A DNA stretch of 64,000 bases from Spirochaetia bacterium (GTDB lineage: Bacteria; Spirochaetota; Spirochaetia; SP-2023), in the NCBI GenBank assembly GCA_965225855.1, contig CBDDCK010000005.1, forward strand, positions 320,001 to 384,000. The letters run 5' to 3'. Shown one piece after another: positions 51,468 through 61,272 of this stretch; the first letter of the stretch is position 1; each line of letters opens with the position of its first letter. The position numbers and the translations under genes are program-made. Under the pieces are notes generated by a model. It made no database searches. It had not been told where the DNA came from and worked only from the letters and a program-made list of their open reading frames with translations.

Positions 51468-53771
51468 ATGAATCAAGTTTCATTATTGCAAAAATATTTT
51501 GGTTTTAGTAGTTTCCGCAGGGGCCAAAAAGAAGCGGTTCAGCACATTTTGCAAGGATCGAATACCTTGGTTATTATGCCTACTGGGGCAGGGAAATCAT
51601 TGATTTATCAGTATTCGGCCTTGGCTTTAGCCGAGCGATCGAAAGATATTGTGGCTGTTACATTAGTCATTTCGCCGTTAATCGCCTTAATGAAAGATCA
51701 AGTGGATAACCTACGAAGGCATGAAATCTCTGCAACTTATATCAATAGCACCTTGTCTGTTGCCGAACAACGTCAGCGCAGCAATCAGATGTTGCAAGGT
51801 TTATATTCGCTTGTATATGTTGCTCCCGAACGGTTGAGGCAAAGCTCTTTTATTGAAGCCCTTAAAAATATTGTTCTGCATTTGTTTGTCATAGATGAAG
51901 CACATTGTATTTCTAGCTGGGGGCATGATTTCCGCCCAGATTATCGACGTATTGCAGGAGTCCGCAAGGAGCTAGGCCAGCCTTTGACCATAGCTTTAAC
52001 CGCTACAGCTACAAGTTTGGTTCAAAATGACATAGTGGAGCTTTTGGGTATACAAGAGGCTCCAAGAGTTGTTACAGGTTTTAACCGACCCAATTTGAGT
52101 TTTGAAGTTTTTCATACATCTGGGACTCATTCTAAATTACAAGAAATTGCATTTTTATTGCAAGAACAATCCGAAAAAGAAAAATCCCAATTGGTGGGAG
52201 GAGCTTGTATTATTTATGTGGCAACACGTAAAGAAGCCGAAGAAGTAGCTTCTTTTATTGGGCAAAAACTATCTTTACCTTGTGCCTATTATCATGCAGG
52301 TTTAGCTGGCCAACGGCGTGAACAAATTCAAAATGCCTTTAGCAACGGCAATTTACCCATTGTCATTGCTACCAATGCTTTTGGAATGGGTATCGATCGC
52401 AAAGATGTACGCTTAGTCATACATTATAATATTCCTGGTACTCTTGAAGCTTATTATCAAGAAGCCGGCCGGGCTGGCCGTGATGGTTTGCCATCGCGGG
52501 CGATATTGTTGTATTCAGTACAAGATCGCTCCTTGCAAGAATTTTTCATTCGGCAGAACAGCTTTACTTTGCAGCAATTACATCAATTGTACCAATGTTT
52601 ACAAAATTTGCCACAAACCGAAGGTAGCCGAATTGTTGGTTTGCTAAATTTGGGTAAGCTGCTCGGTTGGGAACAACAAAAATTGCGTTTAGGCTTATCT
52701 TATTTGGAGAAAGCTGGCATATTGGAAAATACGGGATTTGCTATTACAGAAGAGATTGCTTTGCGTTTGACTCCTTTGGCGTTGGGAAATTGGGACGAAA
52801 AAGCTGCCCGAGTTAGTACCCGTCAGATAGAAGAATATAGCCAGCATCGAAAGAATCAATTGGAACAGATGGGCTATTATGCTCAAGCTGAATCTTGCCG
52901 CCGCCAAATCCTGCTTTCGTATTTTAGTGATCCTAGTGATATGGTCGATTTGAGTGCGAATCGTTGTTGTGATTATTGTTATCGCAAGGTATTACAACAA
53001 AAAAAAAATCTCGGAGAAGTCAATTCGCTAGCTGAATTGAGTCGCATTCAGCGTGCAGCTTTGATAGTTTTAGATAGCGTGCGTCTTTTGTCTAAGAAAG
53101 GTTTCAATGCTGGCCGCCAACGTATTGCACAAATGCTTTCGGGATCCCAGTCGCAAAAGATGACCGAAAATTTTCAAAATCAGCGTTATTATGGCCGCTT
53201 AAAAGAGATAGGCCAAAAGCAGATAGAAATGGCGATTGACGAACTTTTACAAAAAGGTTACTTACGGCAACGATTTTTAAAAAGTTCTTTTAATGCTGTG
53301 ATCTCGGCATCTACGGGCTTTGTTATAGAACTAGGTGAGCAGGGCAATCAAGCTTTGCAATTGCGTGAAGCAATCTGTTTACGATCTTTTGAAAAATTAT
53401 CGAATGGTAAGTTATCTAAATCGCTATCAAAAATTGGAGCAAATAAAAAAGAGGTTAGGCTTTCGACAACTTCAGAAACATTGGATTTTCTGCAACAAGG
53501 AATGACTTTGGAAAAAATTGCTGAAGTTAGAGGACTTAGCCCTAGGACAATAAGTACGCATATTAGTAGCCTGATTGAGCAAGGGTTTTTACAATTGGAA
53601 GATTATGTCAACCCCGATGTGCGCCAAACAGTGGAAAAATGCCTAAAACAATTGGTGGATAGTGGTGAGGCTATCGATCATCTCCGCCCCATAAAAGATC
53701 AATTGCCACCTGAAATTAGTTATGATGAACTCAAATTTGTATTAGGTGCGTGGAAGCGAAATGCATCGTAG
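51468..53771 (+). CDS. recQ: ATP-dependent DNA helicase RecQ family
   Basis: MPTGAGKS, IDEAHCISSWGHDFRPDY, ATNAFGMGID, QEAGRAGRDG, CRR..CCDYC, RQC and C-terminal HTH. Confidence 0.95.
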   Translation: MNQVSLLQKYFGFSSFRRGQKEAVQHILQGSNTLVIMPTGAGKSLIYQYSALALAERSKDIVAVTLVISPLIALMKDQVDNLRRHEISATYINSTLSVAEQRQRSNQMLQGLYSLVYVAPERLRQSSFIEALKNIVLHLFVIDEAHCISSWGHDFRPDYRRIAGVRKELGQPLTIALTATATSLVQNDIVELLGIQEAPRVVTGFNRPNLSFEVFHTSGTHSKLQEIAFLLQEQSEKEKSQLVGGACIIYVATRKEAEEVASFIGQKLSLPCAYYHAGLAGQRREQIQNAFSNGNLPIVIATNAFGMGIDRKDVRLVIHYNIPGTLEAYYQEAGRAGRDGLPSRAILLYSVQDRSLQEFFIRQNSFTLQQLHQLYQCLQNLPQTEGSRIVGLLNLGKLLGWEQQKLRLGLSYLEKAGILENTGFAITEEIALRLTPLALGNWDEKAARVSTRQIEEYSQHRKNQLEQMGYYAQAESCRRQILLSYFSDPSDMVDLSANRCCDYCYRKVLQQKKNLGEVNSLAELSRIQRAALIVLDSVRLLSKKGFNAGRQRIAQMLSGSQSQKMTENFQNQRYYGRLKEIGQKQIEMAIDELLQKGYLRQRFLKSSFNAVISASTGFVIELGEQGNQALQLREAICLRSFEKLSNGKLSKSLSKIGANKKEVRLSTTSETLDFLQQGMTLEKIAEVRGLSPRTISTHISSLIEQGFLQLEDYVNPDVRQTVEKCLKQLVDSGEAIDHLRPIKDQLPPEISYDELKFVLGAWKRNAS

Positions 53772-53919
53772 AATTGTTTTGCGAATTGTAGATTATAGCT
53801 ATATACAAGTTTTATAAAGGTTGTTAAAATGTGTGTGTTTTTAGGCAATGTTATTTGAAATTTACATATCTTAAAACTTTTGTATGTTCCTTTAATTTGG
53901 GGAGGGGAAATGAATCAGG

Positions 53920-55902
53920 ATGAGAAAATCTAAATGGTTAAGCCATATGTACAAACAGCCTTTATCTTGCAAGATTTGTCATCGTGTCTTGAGCTATATT
54001 GGTCCATTAATCTATATAATTATAGCAGTTGGACCGTGGGTTAGTCGGCATGATTTTCAATTGCCACAGTGGAGCTTGCCGGAATTACCTAGTTTGGTCA
54101 AAATACCTAAGTTATTCTTTAAAGAAAAAACTTATCAAGTAGGGTCTTTAAAATTGCGTGTCAACCCTCATATGGTAAAAGTAGGTAATATAGATGGTTT
54201 TCAATCTACAGTGATTGAATATGATGATTTTAGTTTAAGTTGGATTAGAGAAAGACCATTAGTACTAATCATAGCTGATGGAAGCCGACAAGAGCTATTG
54301 CCCATTGGTTATGAAAAAATAAAGAATGGATTTTCTCTTCAATTTTCCAAAGAATTGGAGTTACATTTTTACAATGAGGTGGACACTAACGATGTTTCGG
54401 CTGATGTTCAAAATCAGTTGGGGCAATTGTATGTAGAAATGGTTTCTATAGGAAAATTTTTATCAAAGATTAGTCAAGTGGATTTGCCTTGGAATTTAAA
54501 AAGCCTGAATCGTGCTGCAAAAGTTGGTAAATACCAAATCCAAATAGCCGAGAATAATTATTTTTCTGCGATTGATGAGCCGAAAATTTCTGAAACGAAT
54601 TATATACACATACCTTTGGCGTATTATGAATTTCTCGATCGTTTCCCTATTCGTTCTCAAGAAATTAGTCAGAATGATGAGTCAAATAATATTGTAGCCG
54701 AAAATTCTATAATTGATGATAAACAGAAAGAAATGCAGTCGGTGATTTTGCTTTGGCAGGGAAAACAAGAAATTTCTTCTGTTGAAAGTAAAGATCAAAA
54801 AGAAAGAAAATATCAGCGACTTTATCAACTTTACATGGAACGTCAATTTGAATTAATGGAATTAGCAGTTCAAACTCAAAAAATACCGGGCCCAGATTGG
54901 ATTGCGTTATATTTGGAGCTACTGCGTACTCAAAAAGATGGCAAGGAATATGAACAAATTCGCCAGCAAATGCAAGAAATTGTTCGTGAAAAAGGTTGGA
55001 GCAGTATAAATCTGGCTCCATATTTGGGGATTGCGCAACAAAATTTAAGCTCGATTATCAATATGGATTATAATCGTATTAAACAAGTTCGCAATGATTA
55101 CAGTAGAGATTCTTGGAGCTTTAACGGTGAGGCCGATTTAGCAGAATTATTGTTTCATTACGGTGATCTTCAATTATTGTTGAAGATGATCAAACGTGCT
55201 GTTACGATTGCGCAAGAAAAAGAATTAAGCGAAAAAGAACATTTTTATTTATGGGCGTTTTTGTGGCGTGCAACTAGTATTTATCGGCGTAATGGTATTA
55301 TATTAAAACAGCAAGCTAAGCGTGAATTTTATGCCTCTTTGGAGCGGATTAGTGTGTCTTGGCAGCAAGGTTTAAGCGAAGGGCTAGCACTATCTTATGT
55401 TCTCGATGTTTTGGATTTTTTGCGTAGTGAAGAATTAGACTTGGAAAAATTCAGTTATCCTATTATTACAGAGTTATTTTCTTTAATGGATAATAACGGT
55501 AACTTACCAGAAAAAATAGGGCAAAATACAGGTGAAAGAATTCCCTTTTATCGTTTTTGGCCTGTTATTGGAAAACTTTTACAAACACCTCGTAGCACTA
55601 CTATAGTTCCAGGTTTTTGGATGTGGACAGCAGGAACTGGTGATGGCTATTATAAGCTAGGAGAACCCATTGAACTGAATGTGGAAAATTTCCACCAAAG
55701 TAATAAATTAGTGTTGTTGTATGGTATTTACTTTTATCCAGAAGAAATTACTGTCGATGGTCTGAGTGTTGGCAATAATAGCAGTATTCCATTGCCTCAA
55801 CTTGGGCAACAAGCTAGCTGGTTTTACGAACCAGAAAATCGTTTACTGGCTATTGAAATGCCTGCAAATCAACAAGATATGAGTAAAATTATTATTCGTT
55901 AG
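53920..55902 (+). CDS. Hypothetical membrane-anchored protein
   Basis: 660-aa ORF with an N-terminal hydrophobic segment; no family recognised. Confidence 0.7.
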   Translation: MRKSKWLSHMYKQPLSCKICHRVLSYIGPLIYIIIAVGPWVSRHDFQLPQWSLPELPSLVKIPKLFFKEKTYQVGSLKLRVNPHMVKVGNIDGFQSTVIEYDDFSLSWIRERPLVLIIADGSRQELLPIGYEKIKNGFSLQFSKELELHFYNEVDTNDVSADVQNQLGQLYVEMVSIGKFLSKISQVDLPWNLKSLNRAAKVGKYQIQIAENNYFSAIDEPKISETNYIHIPLAYYEFLDRFPIRSQEISQNDESNNIVAENSIIDDKQKEMQSVILLWQGKQEISSVESKDQKERKYQRLYQLYMERQFELMELAVQTQKIPGPDWIALYLELLRTQKDGKEYEQIRQQMQEIVREKGWSSINLAPYLGIAQQNLSSIINMDYNRIKQVRNDYSRDSWSFNGEADLAELLFHYGDLQLLLKMIKRAVTIAQEKELSEKEHFYLWAFLWRATSIYRRNGIILKQQAKREFYASLERISVSWQQGLSEGLALSYVLDVLDFLRSEELDLEKFSYPIITELFSLMDNNGNLPEKIGQNTGERIPFYRFWPVIGKLLQTPRSTTIVPGFWMWTAGTGDGYYKLGEPIELNVENFHQSNKLVLLYGIYFYPEEITVDGLSVGNNSSIPLPQLGQQASWFYEPENRLLAIEMPANQQDMSKIIIR

Positions 55903-55910
55903 GAGTTTTT

Positions 55911-56432
55911 GTGAATTTAGATGAGCATATCCGTAAAGTACCTGATTTTCCCAAAAAAGGTATTCTATACTACGATATTACAAGTGTTTTAACTAAGCCT
56001 GAAATATTGAATTGGGTTATAAAGCAAATGTCAAAATTGTATAAGGATATTCAATTCGATGCTGTTGCAGCGATTGAATCGCGTGGTTTTATTTTTGCTG
56101 CAGCTTTTGCTTTACAGGAAAAGTTGCCAATTATTTTGATTCGTAAAGCTGGTAAATTACCGGGCAGTACATTGAAGAAAGCATATGATCTTGAATATGG
56201 CAGTGCGGAAATAGAAATCCATGTTGAAGATGTCAAACAAGGAGCAGACATTTTGCTGGTAGATGACTTAATTGCTACAGGTGGAACGCTGAAAGCTGCT
56301 TATGAATTATTGAACGAAGCTGGAGCTTCGGTTTTACATGCTTTTGGTATGATAGGTCTACCATTCCTAAATTTTTCCCAGGCAGTGCCGGGCTTGCAGT
56401 TAAAGACTTTAATTGATTATAATAGTGAATAA
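55911..56432 (+). CDS. apt: Adenine phosphoribosyltransferase
   Basis: [43 protein letters not shown]. Confidence 0.97.
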   Translation: MNLDEHIRKVPDFPKKGILYYDITSVLTKPEILNWVIKQMSKLYKDIQFDAVAAIESRGFIFAAAFALQEKLPIILIRKAGKLPGSTLKKAYDLEYGSAEIEIHVEDVKQGADILLVDDLIATGGTLKAAYELLNEAGASVLHAFGMIGLPFLNFSQAVPGLQLKTLIDYNSE

Positions 56433-56515
56433 CTTTTGTTAGGTTTATTATTGCCGAATATTTATCCGTAAAGATATTTAGAATACCCGCTATGATTTTT
56501 GTAGGAGGCTTGCGC

Positions 56516-57430
56516 ATGAATGAATTGAATGGGTTGCAGAGTCGGCACAGCCGATTGAATACTTGGAAACAAAATGTTGGTTTAGCTGAAATGCTTAAAG
56601 GCGGGGTGATTATGGATGTCGTTACCGCAGAACATGCCAAGATTGCCGAAGAGGCTGGTGCTGTTGCTGTGATGGCTTTGGAGCGTGTGCCTGCTGATAT
56701 TCGCAGTGCTGGTGGGGTTGCGCGAATGTCGGATCCAAAATTGATTCAAGAAATTCAGAATGCTGTATCTATTCCTGTGATGGCGAAATGTCGTATTGGG
56801 CATTTTGTTGAGGCGCAGATATTGGAAACCTTAGAGGTGGATTTTATTGATGAGAGTGAAGTTTTGACTCCGGCAGATGACATGTTTCATATTGAAAAGC
56901 ATAGTTTTGCCGTTCCTTTTGTCTGTGGCTGCCGCAATTTGGGGGAAGCTTTGCGCCGTATTGGTGAAGGTGCTGTGATGATCCGTACCAAAGGAGAGGC
57001 AGGGACTGGTGATGTGGTTGAAGCTGTTCGGCATATGCGGACTTTGCAAGGAGAAATTAGTAGAGTCTGTTATGTGCGCCAAGATGAATTGACGAGCCTT
57101 GCTCGCGATTGGGGTGTTTCTTATGAATTATTGCTTGAAGTTCGAGAATTAGGCCGCCTGCCAGTGCCAAACTTTTCAGCGGGGGGAATAGCAACGCCTG
57201 CTGATGCAGCGTTGATGATGAGTTTAGGAGCAGAATCTGTATTTGTTGGTTCGGGGATTTTCAAATCTGGGGACCCTGCAAAACGCGCCAAAGCGATTGT
57301 TGAGGCCGTAACTCATTATAAAGATTCCAAAAAATTAGTGGAACTGTCTTATGATTTAGGCGAACCGATGACGGGTATTGGTTTGGATCAATTGACTGAA
57401 AATGCTCGTCTGGCACGCAGGGGCTGGTGA
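56516..57430 (+). CDS. pdxS: Pyridoxal 5'-phosphate synthase lyase subunit
   Basis: [56 protein letters not shown], terminal RGW. Confidence 0.98.
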   Translation: MNELNGLQSRHSRLNTWKQNVGLAEMLKGGVIMDVVTAEHAKIAEEAGAVAVMALERVPADIRSAGGVARMSDPKLIQEIQNAVSIPVMAKCRIGHFVEAQILETLEVDFIDESEVLTPADDMFHIEKHSFAVPFVCGCRNLGEALRRIGEGAVMIRTKGEAGTGDVVEAVRHMRTLQGEISRVCYVRQDELTSLARDWGVSYELLLEVRELGRLPVPNFSAGGIATPADAALMMSLGAESVFVGSGIFKSGDPAKRAKAIVEAVTHYKDSKKLVELSYDLGEPMTGIGLDQLTENARLARRGW

Positions 57431-57460
57431 AATTTATTGAACAACTAATTATTTTGCTAG

Positions 57461-57510
57461 AAATATCCACTTTGATTGCGATTTTGTCGTGTTAAAGTGG
57501 ATTTTTTTAT
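57461..57510 (+). terminator. Terminator after pdxS
   Basis: atccactttga...ttaaagtggat followed by T-run. Confidence 0.65.
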
Positions 57511-57583
57511 GGCTCTTTAAGTTTTTTAGCCTCTTGTTTATAATGGTCTGCTTTTACTTTGGGGAATGATTAGAGGAAGGAAC

Positions 57584-58321
57584 ATGAAAAAAAGTACGTC
57601 TTATTATATTAATTTTGCATTGTTACTTTGTGTTGGTTTAGCGTTTCTCTTTGATAGTGAAGCTTTACTTCATCAAATATTATTTAGTGTTGGGCTGTTT
57701 GGTTTATCTGGCTCGCTTACCAATTCGTTGGCGATTCATATGTTGTTTGAAAGAATCCCTTTGGTTTATGGTTCTGGTATTATTGCTTTGAATTTTGAAG
57801 AGATTAAACATGATTTAGAAGAATTGATGATTATCCAGTTTTTTAACCGAGAACAGATTGAGCGGTTTTTAGCTGAAGAACTGGGAGCGGGGGAGATAGA
57901 CTTAGCGAAACTAGGCGAGCTGATTGATTTAAATTTGTTATTTGATAAATTTAAACGAGCACTGGCAAAGAATTTTGAGGGCAACCCTTTAGCATTGATG
58001 GCTTTACCTTTGCTAGATGCGAATCGCATGAAAATCATAGAGGCTATGGCTAAGGCGATAACGGAAGAGTTGGCTAATCCTTTATTGCAAGATAAGCTAA
58101 AAGGCTTGTTGGGGCAGAGCTTGCCCCCTCATGAAACATTTGAACAACGTGTGCGCTCTTTAATTCAAGGGCGTTTAGCGGAGTTAAGTCCTTATATGGT
58201 TAAGGAAATTATCCAACATATGATGGAAAGCAAGCTAATTTGGTTGGTCATTTGGGGCGCACTAATGGGGGCTCTATTGGGGCTTTTCAGTTCAGTTCTC
58301 CGTTTTTATCTTGGTTTATAA
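57584..58321 (+). CDS. DUF445-family membrane protein
   Basis: SGSLTNSLAIHMLFERIP..YGSGII and RLAELSP.MVKEIIQ.MM..L.WLVIWG..G..G. Confidence 0.8.
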   Translation: MKKSTSYYINFALLLCVGLAFLFDSEALLHQILFSVGLFGLSGSLTNSLAIHMLFERIPLVYGSGIIALNFEEIKHDLEELMIIQFFNREQIERFLAEELGAGEIDLAKLGELIDLNLLFDKFKRALAKNFEGNPLALMALPLLDANRMKIIEAMAKAITEELANPLLQDKLKGLLGQSLPPHETFEQRVRSLIQGRLAELSPYMVKEIIQHMMESKLIWLVIWGALMGALLGLFSSVLRFYLGL

Positions 58322-58625
58322 AAGCCTAAAGTAAGAATAGCCCCCTTTTTATAAGGCCAATGGCTGACTAGACGCCCAAAGCTTATGCTCAAACCTTGGC
58401 AGACACTAACAAACCCGATCGACACTGTATGGCCAAAGTTGTTTGCTTGAAGAGCCGCAACTATATAGTGATAAGAAACCCGACTAAATAGTGAGAAGAG
58501 ACCTAGCTAAATACCCAGAAGCCCATATAGCCCAAGCTAAAGTACCCTAACACAAAAAAAGTACCCCAAACATAAAAAAAGCACAAAAAAACTTATAAAA
58601 AGCTTACAAAAAGCTTGTATGGGCC

Positions 58626-58652
58626 TTGACGCAACACCCCCCCTAGCAAAAT
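58626..58652 (+). promoter_or_regulatory. Putative promoter of lipoprotein 3 with a C7 tract in the spacer
   Basis: TTGACG-caacaCCCCCCCtag-CAAAAT (15-nt spacer), preceded by phased A-tracts at 58550-58612. Confidence 0.5.
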
Positions 58653-58715
58653 GGGGCACTGTACACTAGCCCGTATGGGTTGGCTAATCTTTATCCATTT
58701 TTGGAGGTATTGCTT

Positions 58716-60461
58716 ATGTATAAGCACAAACTACTTTTATTACCTGTAGCCTGGCTACTGGCCTTTATGGCCTTTGCCTGCGCCCCACCCGATGACGATG
58801 ATGCGCCATCTTCTGGGCCGACTATCAATAAGGCCATCTACGATGTTGGCACGGCTCTGTTAACCGTACAAGGTTCTAACTTAAGCCCTACAGAAGCCCA
58901 AATCCAAACCATCGTAGTAGATGGCGTAGCTTTAGATTCCTATACTGCAGATGACCCAGCCACTGGGCCAGATAGTAGCGGTCTGGCAGAAGGTAAGTAC
59001 CGTATTGCAACCGATGGCACAAAGCTTTGGCTGAAACTTAAAGATGAACATAAAGCTGCTCTTGAGGCCAAGGTGGGTAGCGATGGTCTAAAAAAAGGGT
59101 TGCTTACTAGCTCTGGTGCTTGGGCGGGTTTAAATACAGCCAAAGACTTGGTCGTTCAGAATGTACCCGGTAAGCAGTCTAAGACCGAAACCGAAGAAGA
59201 GTCGCGTAAGTTACCCGAAGCCGAACAAACCGAAGAAGTCGATGATGAATCGCCTAAGCAACCTAAAGACAAACAAGTCGAACAAGCTGAAGAAGAGTCG
59301 CCTAAGCAACCTAAAGACAAACAAGTCGAACAAGTCGAAGAGGAGTCGCCTAAAGCTGCAATTACCCATGCAACCTACCATGTTGGCACGGCGCTGTTAA
59401 CCGTACAAGGTACTTACTTAAGTGCTACAACTGCGACCCAAGCGCAAATCCAAACCATTACGGTAGATGGCTTAGCCTTAAGTTCCTATACTGCAGATGG
59501 CACAGCTACTGGGGCAGATAGTCGCAGTCTTGCAAAAGGTAAGTACCGTATTAAAAGCGATGGCACAGCACTTTGGCTTTACCTTACCGATCAACATAAA
59601 GCTACTCTGAATGGCAAGACAGGTATGGATAGCAATGGTCTAAAAAAAGGATTGCTTAGCGTTGGCACTGGTACTTGGGCGGGTTTAGATACAGCCAAAG
59701 ACTTGGACGTTAGTGGAAACCCACCCACAATTACCCGTGCAACCTACAATGCTGCTACAGGCGTGTTAGTGATTACAGGTGTCAATTTACCAAAAACAGT
59801 TGCAGGCTGGGACTTCACCAAATTGAGGTTTGTCGCAGGTGATGGTCGTACTAAGAGTCAACCATTATTACCGCACTCCGTATATGGAATTGTAAGCAAA
59901 GCCACAGGTTCTGCAGCAAGTGCAACAAGCTTAACGATTACTTTAAAGGGTAGTGAACAAACGAAAGCCAGTGATATACTGGTTAAGAATGGTGATAGTG
60001 ATGATGCTGGTGCATACAACCTGGAAGCAGCAGCAGGATTTGTAATTGGTAGTAGCGCTGAAGACACAAGCAATAACCCGATTACCGTTAGTGGGTATGT
60101 AGGTTATATAGATGAAGTATACTACTATCCTAACACAGGCGTGTTACAGATTTATGGTACCAGTTTACCGGAAACAGTTGAAGAGTGGGACTTTAGCAAA
60201 TTGACGCTTGTATCCGGTGATGGTAATAAGAGATACACATTACCCCAGCACGCAACCGCAGGTGAAAACACAGCCACAGGTTCTGCAGCAAGTACAAAAA
60301 AATTAAGGATTACTTTAAGCGGTAGTGTAAAAGCGGAAGCCGAGAAGATACTGGTTAAGGCTGGTTATAGTGATAATAATGGTGAATACAACCTGGAAGC
60401 AGCAGCAGGATTTGTAACTGGTAGTCCAGAAGACCCAACCACTAGTATATACAAGTATTAA
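58716..60461 (+). CDS. Modular Ig-like repeat surface lipoprotein (paralog 3; A-acidic linker-A-B-B)
   Basis: RBS GGAGG, MYKHKLLLLPVAWLLAFMAFA|C lipobox, and high visible DNA identity to the reverse complement of 11292-13394. Confidence 0.85.
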   Translation: MYKHKLLLLPVAWLLAFMAFACAPPDDDDAPSSGPTINKAIYDVGTALLTVQGSNLSPTEAQIQTIVVDGVALDSYTADDPATGPDSSGLAEGKYRIATDGTKLWLKLKDEHKAALEAKVGSDGLKKGLLTSSGAWAGLNTAKDLVVQNVPGKQSKTETEEESRKLPEAEQTEEVDDESPKQPKDKQVEQAEEESPKQPKDKQVEQVEEESPKAAITHATYHVGTALLTVQGTYLSATTATQAQIQTITVDGLALSSYTADGTATGADSRSLAKGKYRIKSDGTALWLYLTDQHKATLNGKTGMDSNGLKKGLLSVGTGTWAGLDTAKDLDVSGNPPTITRATYNAATGVLVITGVNLPKTVAGWDFTKLRFVAGDGRTKSQPLLPHSVYGIVSKATGSAASATSLTITLKGSEQTKASDILVKNGDSDDAGAYNLEAAAGFVIGSSAEDTSNNPITVSGYVGYIDEVYYYPNTGVLQIYGTSLPETVEEWDFSKLTLVSGDGNKRYTLPQHATAGENTATGSAASTKKLRITLSGSVKAEAEKILVKAGYSDNNGEYNLEAAAGFVTGSPEDPTTSIYKY

Positions 60462-60513
60462 ATTGGTAAGTAGGTTTTGGTTGTTGCTGTAAGCAACACT
60501 TACATTTGAAAAT

Positions 60514-60606
60514 TGCAACCTTGGTAAGTTTTTTAGCAAGGTTGCTTTTACCAATTATAGCCTTGGTATGGAGAAAATACCAAGGCCAAAACCACCAAGC
60601 TAAAAC
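60514..60606 (+). terminator. Tandem hairpins after lipoprotein 3
   Basis: gcaaccttg..caaggttgctttt and gccttggtat-ggagaaa-ataccaaggc. Homologous to the 3' flank of paralog 1. Confidence 0.6.
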
Positions 60607-60625
60607 GTTGGCATAAAAATTAAGA

Positions 60626-61062
60626 GAGTCTCTTAATGCCCAACAACAGAATTTCTTAATGCATAAAAAGAGAGTTTCTTAATACCCAATAAGAGAGTTT
60701 CTTAATGCATAACAACAGAGTTTCTTAATACACAACAACAGAGTTTCTTAATACACAACAACAGAGTTTCTTAATACACAACAACAGAGTTTCTTAATAC
60801 ACAACAACAGAGTTTCTTAATACACAACAACAGAGTTTCTTAATACACAACAACAGAGTTTCTTAATACACAACAACAGAGTTTCTTAATACACAATAAG
60901 AGAGTTTCTTAATACACAATAAGAGAGTTTCTTAATACACAACAACAGAGTTTCTTAATACACAACAACAGAGTTTCTTAATACACAACAACAGAGTTTC
61001 TTAATACACAACAACAGAGTTTCTTAATACCCAATAAGAGAGTTTCTTAATACACAACAAGA
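60626..61062. repeat. Non-coding tandem array, 19 x 23 bp (GAGTTTCTTAATACACAACAACA)
   Basis: Units counted at a 23-nt period from 60626 to 61040. Variant ..AATAAGA units occur, the first four units are more degenerate, and there are no spacers. Confidence 0.95.
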
Positions 61063-61272
61063 ATTTTTTGTAACAAGATAAACTTTGGCCAAGCCTTGCT
61101 TTCCTTGCTTTCCTTTTTGGTTGTTTGGTTTTGCAATGTCAACAACGCACTTTAACGAATACTGTTTACAGCGGTGCGAGTTAGATAGGACGCAGAATTT
61201 TTAACAAAATTTGATAGCAATGTTAGAATTCTATACTTGAATATTTACAGTCAAACTATACAATCCAGCACC

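Noticed and set aside
11292..60461. Diversity-generating retroelement acting on the lipoproteins
   Set aside because: No reverse transcriptase or non-coding template repeat is visible in the window. Differences between modules include indels and do not look adenine-restricted
60626..61062. CRISPR array
   Set aside because: Units are directly contiguous with no unique spacers, and there are no cas genes in the window
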